Positions 19,044-25,285 of a stretch of DNA of 33,976 nt are shown piece by piece (within the stretch, counting starts at the first letter, position 1; each line of letters starts with the position of its first letter). Below the pieces are notes generated by a model that saw only the letters and a program-made list of their open reading frames with translations, had not been told where the DNA came from and ran no database searches. The DNA comes from an uncultured bacterium (lineage in GTDB: Bacteria; Cyanobacteriota; Vampirovibrionia; Gastranaerophilales; Gastranaerophilaceae). The DNA lies in NCBI GenBank assembly GCA_900314375.1, contig OMVC01000094.1:1-33976 (forward strand). Reading direction: 5' to 3'. The translations under genes and the position numbers were made by a program.

Positions 19044-19244
19044 ATGTTTAAAAAATTTTTATTGAAACTAAAAAAACAAATTTTAAAAGATGCTTACCAA
19101 AAAGCTGAAAAAATTATCAATGATGCCGAATTGAAAGCTCAAAAGATGATTTTTGAATCCGAAATAATGAAACGAATAAAAACAGAAGCCGAAAAAATTA
19201 AACAGGAAACAATATTAGAATGTAAAAGAATCAAAGCAGAATGA
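19044..19244 (+). CDS. Small (66 aa) lysine/glutamate-rich predicted coiled-coil protein, function unknown
   Basis: AAGGAG RBS 6 nt upstream of the ATG. The TGA stop overlaps the next ATG (ATGA), indicating translational coupling. The sequence is KAEKIINDAELKAQKMIFESEIMKRIKTEAEKIKQE. Confidence 0.6.
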   Translation: MFKKFLLKLKKQILKDAYQKAEKIINDAELKAQKMIFESEIMKRIKTEAEKIKQETILECKRIKAE

Positions 19245-19588
19245 ATAATTATATAAAGATTTTAATTTTTTTATTTTTATTATGCGGATTAACTATCACA
19301 ATCAAACCTCACGAGCCTGCAAATTATGTTTATAAAAAGACTCCTGTTGAGCCTTTAAATATAACTGTTCCTAAATCATTGAAAACAAATTTCAAAAACG
19401 GAATTGATTATTGCAAAACACAAAATATTGCACAAAACGGAGCTTTTGAAAATTGTGTTAAAACTTATATTAAGCAAAATTCCGCTACAGATTACAATAT
19501 TCTTATAAAAATTTTTGAATATTGCAATATGACAACAAAAACAGAATATGACAAATGGGATTGCCTTGAAAGTAAAATAAAATTCTAA
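19241..19588 (+). CDS. Small (115 aa) secreted or lipoprotein-like Cys-containing protein, function unknown
   Basis: Hydrophobic N-terminus MNNYIKILIFLFLLCGLTI, with five further Cys residues in the mature part. The start is coupled to the upstream ORF. The stop overlaps the stop of the convergent HNH gene by 4 nt. Confidence 0.6.
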   Translation: MNNYIKILIFLFLLCGLTITIKPHEPANYVYKKTPVEPLNITVPKSLKTNFKNGIDYCKTQNIAQNGAFENCVKTYIKQNSATDYNILIKIFEYCNMTTKTEYDKWDCLESKIKF

Positions 19589-20124
19589 TTATTTTTTTTC
19601 AAATCATAAATTTGGAACCCATGCACAAATGAATGTTCTGCTGCTGTTAATAATACAAGATTGTTGACACTGTTATCATACCCGTTATTACTGATATGAT
19701 GCACTTGATAACCGTCTTTTTCTTTTTTCCCTAAAAAAGCACTGGCAACAAGAGAATAAACATGTGTCGTTGTAGTAAAACCGCAAGGTGCTTTATAATA
19801 CTTTTTTTGAAAGGCTTTTTTGTCTAACACCAGATAGCCGATACATTCTTTGCCATTTTTTATTCTGTTTTTTTGAGGAACAATTCTTCCGAGATATTTA
19901 ACTCTGCCTAAACTGCTAATTTCATACCGCGTAAAACCCGAGCCTTCAATTTTTCCCCAAGTTTCATTCTTTAAGAGCGGAGTATCAGTATCTGCTGACG
20001 GGCTGATTTTCCATTTTTCAATGTCAGGAATATTTTTTAGTAATTGTTCTTTTTCATTAAGCTCTTTTTTTATATTTTCTAACCATATTTCATAATTTTT
20101 ATCCGATTTATTTTTTCTTTCCAT
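19585..20124 (-). CDS. NUMOD4 + HNH endonuclease (phage/homing-endonuclease type)
   Basis: NUMOD4-like WGKIEGSGFTRYEISSLGRVKYLG. HNH_3-like THVYSLVASAFLGKKEKDGYQVHHISNNGYDNSVNNLVLLTAAEH. I prefer the ATG at 20124 (MERKNK...); the ORF track uses a TTG at 20142. Confidence 0.8.
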   Translation of the reverse strand: MERKNKSDKNYEIWLENIKKELNEKEQLLKNIPDIEKWKISPSADTDTPLLKNETWGKIEGSGFTRYEISSLGRVKYLGRIVPQKNRIKNGKECIGYLVLDKKAFQKKYYKAPCGFTTTTHVYSLVASAFLGKKEKDGYQVHHISNNGYDNSVNNLVLLTAAEHSFVHGFQIYDLKKNN

Positions 20125-20134
20125 AATTTCGCCT

Positions 20135-20543
20135 TTATTCAAGATTAAGTGATACTAATTTTATTTGATTCTTTATTGATTTATCTGTATAATCGCCAAC
20201 AATAATGTTAGTTGATGAGTTGATATTTTTTGTTATAAAACTGATTATTTCAGATATTTCGTATAATGTTAAATTCTTATCGTGTATGATAAACAAAATT
20301 AAATTCTTTGTATTTTCTATATTATGAGAATTTATAAATATATTTAATGCATCTTTTTTTCTCTGCTTTTACAACATTGAAAGTACAATTTTTACTATTT
20401 ATTAAAGCATTTTTTATATCGGTTTTATTTAAAGTGATAAACCCTTTTTCAATATTGTCATTTTTAAGTTCCGGAAAAAGTTCTTCTGAAATATTTTTAT
20501 ATTTATCTTGCAAAATACATAATAAATCTTCGCATATTAACAT
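20135..20543 (-). pseudogene. FtsZ/tubulin C-terminal-domain-like ORF (~135 aa if joined), interrupted by a +1 frame change in an A7 run (T-run 20354-20360 on the plus strand); frameshifted or slippage-dependent
   Basis: Frame 1 is the 73-aa ORF ...KGFITLNKTDIKNALINSKNCTFNVVKAEKK. The next frame stays open through the A-run and reads DALNIFINSHNIENTKNLILFIIHDKNLTLYEISEIISFITKNINSSTNIIVGDYTDKSIKNQIKLVSLNLE*. The joined sequence follows the FtsZ pattern [12 protein letters not shown]...G.A.GE.RA.EA...AI.S....GVL.NI.GG.DL.L.E........(I/M)I.G......L.D.I.V. Its ATG lies 2 nt after the WYL gene stop. Confidence 0.45.
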
Positions 20544-20545
20544 AG

Positions 20546-21511
20546 TTATTCCTTTATCTGTTTATACATTTCTTGAATTGTTTTGTTGTATGTGTCTTTC
20601 AGACTTTGAGGTGCAATAATTTTTACACTGCTGCGCCATTTTAGAATTTCTGTTATAATCTCAAATTCTCCGCTAGCTTTTAATGATAAAGTATACGAAC
20701 CATCATCATTTAATTTACCCTTTTGGGTTGGGTGAAAAAAGTATTCTTTAACATCTTCCGCGCAATCTTTATCAAATTGCAATACGACATCAAAAATTTC
20801 ACCTTGATAAACTCCAAATGACCTCCCGCAATATTCTTCCATATTAAAACTTTCATCTTTATCAAAATAATTATCAGTCAATTTTATTTCTTTAATTTTT
20901 GAAATTCTGTATGTCCAAATTGCTTTAACATAAGGGTTGTATGCAATTAAATAAACTCTGTCGGAATGTAAAATTCCATAAGGATTGAGTGTAAACTCTT
21001 TATCCATATCCGCATATTTGATAACAATTTGTTTTTGGCAAAGAATTGCGTCGTTTATTATTTGCAGGGTTTCAAGTTTTATATTTTCTCTAAATCCCTG
21101 TCTTACTGCGTAAGCTTGAGAGGATAAAATTTCATCCACATCAACATTAGAAACATTTTGAGGATTTAGTGCTTTGATTTTTTCAATGAGTTCATCAATT
21201 TCTTTTTGTTTTGTCGGAGATTTTATGGATTTTTTACAAAGTTCAAGATTGGCAAAATCGCTTGATGTAAAGTTTATAAGCCAATTCATTGTACCTTTTT
21301 TAAATCTCCAGCGTTTTTTCTTGTCTTTATTGTTATAAACTTCTTCAATTTTATTCCCGAACTTTTCAACCAAAACCGCTTTCATTCTTTCTGCGCTGCG
21401 GCGAGAACATTCAAATTCGTGTGCTATATCATCTAAAGTCAAACCGCAATAACTGTTTTGCATCAAAATTGCAAGTTCTATAATTTCGTTTGCTTTATTT
21501 AATCTGGACAT
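20546..21511 (-). CDS. WYL-domain transcriptional regulator (HTH - WYL - C-terminal extension; BrxR/CapW/PafBC-like architecture)
   Basis: N-terminal HTH: GLTLDDIAHEFECSRRSAERMKAVL. Central WYL-type segment: IVIKYADMDKEFTLNPYGILHSDRVYLIAYNPYVKAIWTYRISKIKEIKLTDNYF. AAGGAG RBS before the ATG. Confidence 0.8.
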   Translation of the reverse strand: MSRLNKANEIIELAILMQNSYCGLTLDDIAHEFECSRRSAERMKAVLVEKFGNKIEEVYNNKDKKKRWRFKKGTMNWLINFTSSDFANLELCKKSIKSPTKQKEIDELIEKIKALNPQNVSNVDVDEILSSQAYAVRQGFRENIKLETLQIINDAILCQKQIVIKYADMDKEFTLNPYGILHSDRVYLIAYNPYVKAIWTYRISKIKEIKLTDNYFDKDESFNMEEYCGRSFGVYQGEIFDVVLQFDKDCAEDVKEYFFHPTQKGKLNDDGSYTLSLKASGEFEIITEILKWRSSVKIIAPQSLKDTYNKTIQEMYKQIKE

Positions 21512-21548
21512 TTGTTTCTCCTTATATTTTCATAATATAACACAACTA

Positions 21549-21563
21549 CGACAAAAAGAGTCG
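21549..21563 (-). promoter_or_regulatory. Copy 2 of CGACTCTTTTTGTCG (read on the minus strand), embedded in a longer palindrome ACTACGAC-N7-GTCGTAGT directly upstream of the WYL-gene -10-like box; putative operator
   Basis: The minus strand reads AACTACGACTCTTTTTGTCGTAGTTGTGTTATATTATGAAAATATAAGGAGAAACAAATG. Confidence 0.6.
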
Positions 21564-21574
21564 TAGTTGATTTT

Positions 21575-21610
21575 ATAAAAAGACGGAAATTAAAATTTAA
21601 TAATTTCCGC
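21575..21610 (-). terminator. Intrinsic terminator of thrS
   Basis: Minus strand: CGGAAATTA-TTAAATTT-TAATTTCCG followed by TCTTTTTAT, about 20 nt after the thrS stop. Confidence 0.7.
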
Positions 21611-21628
21611 CTGTTTTACTTACTTTTT

Positions 21629-23422
21629 TTATTCTTTTGCAAAAGATTGATTTGCTCTTGAATGGATTTCTTCTTCAATCTTTGAGATAAATTCATCAAT
21701 CTTAAATGTTCCGATTTGACCGATTCCGCGCGCTCTGACAGCAACAGTACCTTCTTGAGCTTCTCTGTCGCCAACTACACAAACATAAGGAATTTTCTTG
21801 TCTTGCAAAGATTCTCTTATCTTGTAATTCATTGATTCGGAACGGTCATCTAATGATGCTCTGATACCTGCTTGTCTTAATTTTTTATAAACAGTTTCCG
21901 CATAATCGGTGTGCTTATCATTAGAAATCGGTACAACATTAACCTGTGTAGGAGCAAGCCAAGTCGGGAATGCGCCCGCATAATGTTCGATTAAGATACC
22001 GTGGAATCTTTCCATTGAACCGAATATTACTCTGTGCAACATCAAAGGAGTCTTTAATTGACCGTCTTTATCCTGATATTTAATATCAAATCTTGCAGGC
22101 AAATTGAAATCCAATTGAATAGTTGCACATTGCCAAGTTCTGCCGATGGCATCTTTGACTTTGAAATCGATTTTTGGACCGTAGAATGCTCCGTCACCTT
22201 CGTTGATGTCGTATTTCATTCCGCGGCGCTCCATTGCTTCTTTCAAGCCTGCTTCAGCTTTATCCCAGTTTTCGATTTCGCCGACAAAACTTTCAGGACG
22301 AGTTGATAATTCAACTTCAAATTCCATATTGAATATTGCCATCGTATCTGCAACAAAATCAATAATCGCATTAATTTCGTCAACTAATTGCTCAGGAGTA
22401 CAGAAAATATGCGCATCATCTTGAGTAAAGCCTTGAACACGAGTTAAACCTGATAAAGCTCCTGATTTTTCTTTACGATAAACCGTACCCAATTCTGCCA
22501 TTCTTAACGGTAAAGAGCGGTATGAATATCTGTTTGCTTGATAAATCAAGATATGGAACGGACAATTCATAGGTTTTACAACGTATTGGTCATCAGAATC
22601 TTCATCTTTTTGTATAAAGAACATATTTTCTTTGTAGTGATCCATGTGTCCTGAAATTTCCCAAAGAGTAGATTTTGCAATTTGAGGGGTGTTAACTATA
22701 ACATACCCCCTTTTGCGGTGTTCTTCTCTCCAATAATTTTCAATCTGTTCACGAACACAAGCCAAATTCGGATGCCACAAAACAAGACCTCCGCCCATTT
22801 CTTCTCGAGTTGAGAACAGGTCTAACTGTTTTCCTAATTTTCTGTGGTCGCGTTTTTCTGCTTCTTCAAGGAAGGTTAAATATGCCTGCAAATCTTCTTT
22901 ATTCCAATATGCTGTTGCATAAATTCTTTGAAGCATTTTATTTTTTTCATTACCGCGCCAGTATGCGCCTGCAACTTTTAATAATTTAAACGCATTTGCT
23001 TTTATATACGAAGTATTCGGTAAATGCGGACCTGCACAAAGGTCATTAAATAAAGCATTTCCGTCTTTATCTTTTGTGATATATAAAGTTGGATTGTCAT
23101 TTCTGTGTTCTTCCAAAAGTTCGGCTTTATAAATTTCGCCTTGAGCTTTAAATTCATCAATTTGGGCTTGAACATCCGGGATTTCGTATCTTTCGAAAGT
23201 TAGATTTTGTTTAACAATCTCTTTCATTTTTTCTTCGATTTTTTCCAAATCTTCCTGCGTAAAAGCATGACCGTCCGTTAAATCAAAGTCATAATAAAAA
23301 CCTTCAGCAGTTGACGGCCCGATTGCCAACTTTGCTGACGGGAATAAACTTTGAACAGCTTGTGCCATAATGTGAGATGTCGAGTGTCTTAAAATCGACA
23401 AAGTTTCGTTGTTCTTTTCCAT
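21629..23422 (-). CDS. thrS: Threonyl-tRNA synthetase lacking the N-terminal TGS domain
   Basis: Contains the editing-domain motif ILRHSTSHIMAQAVQ, class II catalytic core motifs (..FRGNEKNKMLQRIYATAYW.., ..RVQGFTQDDAHIF.., ..GPKIDF..) and a C-terminal anticodon-binding domain. I prefer the ATG at 23422 (MEKNNETLSILRHS), which is preceded by GAAAAGGAAAAA. The track ORF extends to 23491. Confidence 0.9.
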   Translation of the reverse strand: MEKNNETLSILRHSTSHIMAQAVQSLFPSAKLAIGPSTAEGFYYDFDLTDGHAFTQEDLEKIEEKMKEIVKQNLTFERYEIPDVQAQIDEFKAQGEIYKAELLEEHRNDNPTLYITKDKDGNALFNDLCAGPHLPNTSYIKANAFKLLKVAGAYWRGNEKNKMLQRIYATAYWNKEDLQAYLTFLEEAEKRDHRKLGKQLDLFSTREEMGGGLVLWHPNLACVREQIENYWREEHRKRGYVIVNTPQIAKSTLWEISGHMDHYKENMFFIQKDEDSDDQYVVKPMNCPFHILIYQANRYSYRSLPLRMAELGTVYRKEKSGALSGLTRVQGFTQDDAHIFCTPEQLVDEINAIIDFVADTMAIFNMEFEVELSTRPESFVGEIENWDKAEAGLKEAMERRGMKYDINEGDGAFYGPKIDFKVKDAIGRTWQCATIQLDFNLPARFDIKYQDKDGQLKTPLMLHRVIFGSMERFHGILIEHYAGAFPTWLAPTQVNVVPISNDKHTDYAETVYKKLRQAGIRASLDDRSESMNYKIRESLQDKKIPYVCVVGDREAQEGTVAVRARGIGQIGTFKIDEFISKIEEEIHSRANQSFAKE

Positions 23423-23561
23423 ATTCAATTTTTCCTTTTCTATCCTTTGGGGTAAATATAACTGACAAATATCAAACATGTTATCTGTCAATTTTGCATC
23501 CTAACATTGGACAACCACTACTTACCCTCGGGGTGGATCCCCCAAACTAAAGTACAAAAGT

Positions 23562-23590
23562 ATTATAATACAAATTTCGGTAATTGTAAA
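23562..23590 (-). promoter_or_regulatory. Candidate sigma70-type promoter for thrS (TTTACA-17 nt-TATAAT)
   Basis: The minus strand reads AAAATTTACAATTACCGAAATTTGTATTATAATAC. The spacing was counted by hand as 17 nt. Confidence 0.4.
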
Positions 23591-23592
23591 TT

Positions 23593-24057
23593 TTATTCAT
23601 TCACCCATTTTTGGATATCACTGTCTGAAGCAGAATTTTCATACACAGTAAAGCCTTCTTTCACCTGCGCATCAGGACATAAATCTTTAATATCGGTATA
23701 TGTAGTATATGCACCGCCTCCGCCATGAGTGCAAAACGGTTTTATAACTTTTCCTGAAAAATCATTATCTGATAAAAATGTCCTTATCGGAGATGCAAAT
23801 GTGTACCACCAAACAGGTGTACCCAGATAAATTGTTTCATATTGCGAAATATCACACTGCTCAACCAATTCAGGTTTATAATTTTCTTCTTTTTCTTTTT
23901 TTGCATAATTTACAAGATCCGTATAATTTTTAGGATATTGATTTACGGATTTTATCTCAAATATATCTGCATCAACTAAAGATTGAATTTTTTCAGCAAG
24001 TCTTTTGGTGTTTCCTGAATTTGAATAATATGCAATCAAAATTTTTTTATCTGCCAT
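23593..24057 (-). CDS. Flavodoxin-family protein
   Basis: MADKKILIAYYSNSGNTKRLAEKI... (FMN phosphate-binding loop S/T-x-x-G-N-T) and ...LGTPVWWYT... Confidence 0.8.
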   Translation of the reverse strand: MADKKILIAYYSNSGNTKRLAEKIQSLVDADIFEIKSVNQYPKNYTDLVNYAKKEKEENYKPELVEQCDISQYETIYLGTPVWWYTFASPIRTFLSDNDFSGKVIKPFCTHGGGGAYTTYTDIKDLCPDAQVKEGFTVYENSASDSDIQKWVNE

Positions 24058-24135
24058 TGCGCTCTCCTTAACTTCTCATTCTTCTAATAAATATATTCTA
24101 TCATAAATTTTTAAGAAGTTATTATTGTAAATTTA

Positions 24136-24948
24136 TTATTGCTGATTCATAGCTTTCAATATAATATTTCGAGCTTCCAATGCCTGTTCTTTAGTCAAAG
24201 GAGGAGTTTTTTCAAGCGGATAAACAATACCGAGCTCTTTATATTTACCCTTTGCCATGTCATGATAAGGCAAAACATCAAGCGCTTGAACATTATTTAA
24301 TGTTGATAAAAACTTGCCCAATTCACTCAAATATTTTTCGTTATATGTAATTTCAGGCACTACAACATGTCTTATCCATACGGGAACTTGTTTTTGGGAT
24401 AAATATTTTGCGAACTCCAAAATATTTTTATTTGAATGACCTGTCAATTTTTTATGTTCGCTATCATCTATGTGTTTAATATCTAATAATACAAGACTTG
24501 TGTATTTTATAATTTCATCAAATTTAGTTGTATTTTCAGGGGTGAATGTAATTCCTGATGTATCAAGTGCGGTGTGAATATTTTTTGCTTTTGCCTGTTT
24601 AAACAGCTCTGTTACGAAATCAATTTGTAACAGCGGTTCTCCGCCGGTTACTGTTATTCCGCCTTTGCAAAATTCTTTGACTGAATCATATTGAGTAAGT
24701 ATTTGTGTTACAGTAAACCGTTTTGTTCCCTCACCCGCATTTGTATTGCTCATATCTTCGCAAACAACTGCTCCCTCTCCCACCAAAGAATTTTGTGGGC
24801 GAGGGGAAAAATTTATCCAAGTATCAGGGTTATGACAATAAAGGCACCTCATCGGACACCCTTGAGTAAAAACAACAAATCTTACCCCCGGCCCGTCAAC
24901 CGTTCCGCAAGTTTCTATTGAATGAATGTTTCCGTAAATTTGTTCCAT
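24136..24948 (-). CDS. pflA: Pyruvate formate-lyase activating enzyme (radical SAM), with an in-frame insertion of about 27 aa
   Basis: IHSIETCGTVDGPGVRFVVFTQGCPMRCLYCHNPDTW (CxxxCxxC cluster motif), GGITVTGGEPLLQ, and a C-terminal LPYH..AKGKYKELG. Confidence 0.9.
   Translation of the reverse strand: MEQIYGNIHSIETCGTVDGPGVRFVVFTQGCPMRCLYCHNPDTWINFSPRPQNSLVGEGAVVCEDMSNTNAGEGTKRFTVTQILTQYDSVKEFCKGGITVTGGEPLLQIDFVTELFKQAKAKNIHTALDTSGITFTPENTTKFDEIIKYTSLVLLDIKHIDDSEHKKLTGHSNKNILEFAKYLSQKQVPVWIRHVVVPEITYNEKYLSELGKFLSTLNNVQALDVLPYHDMAKGKYKELGIVYPLEKTPPLTKEQALEARNIILKAMNQQ
24773..24805 (-). repeat. GC-rich imperfect palindrome inside the pflA coding frame
   Basis: Plus strand CCCTCTCCCAC-caaagaatttt-GTGGGCGAGGG (10 of 11 arm positions complementary). 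It encodes part of the extra segment FSPRPQNSLVGEGAV. Confidence 0.75.
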
Positions 24949-24954
24949 TACCCC

Positions 24955-25191
24955 TTACATAGAACCGTGGAATGTTCTTGAAATAACATCATCCTGCTGT
25001 TCTTTTGTTAATTTGTTAAAATTAACCGCATACCCCGATACTCTGACTGTTAATTGCGGATATTTTTCAGGATGTGCTTGAGCATCAATCAATGTTTCAC
25101 GATTGAATACATTTACGTTCAAATGATGTCCGCCTTTTTCAACATATCCGTCAAGTAAACTGATTAAATTTTCTTCTTGTTGAGTTGTCAT
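24955..25191 (-). CDS. Stand-alone glycyl-radical domain (GrcA/YfiD-like), corresponding to the missing C-terminus of PflB
   Basis: [71 protein letters not shown] contains the RVSGYAV glycyl-radical motif. It has its own AAGGAG RBS 8 nt before the ATG. Confidence 0.85.
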   Translation of the reverse strand: MTTQQEENLISLLDGYVEKGGHHLNVNVFNRETLIDAQAHPEKYPQLTVRVSGYAVNFNKLTKEQQDDVISRTFHGSM

Positions 25192-25285
25192 TTTAAAATC
25201 TCCTTATTTGCTGAATGGTTTAAAGGTTGAATAGTTGAACAGTTATTTAGTATTTTATACACTATAATTCAACGTTTTAATCTCA

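Noticed and set aside
23423-23592. T-box riboswitch upstream of thrS
   Set aside because: The leader is too short (about 140 nt). It lacks the conserved T-box sequence (AANNNGGGTGGNACCGCG-like), a specifier loop and a terminator/antiterminator pair.
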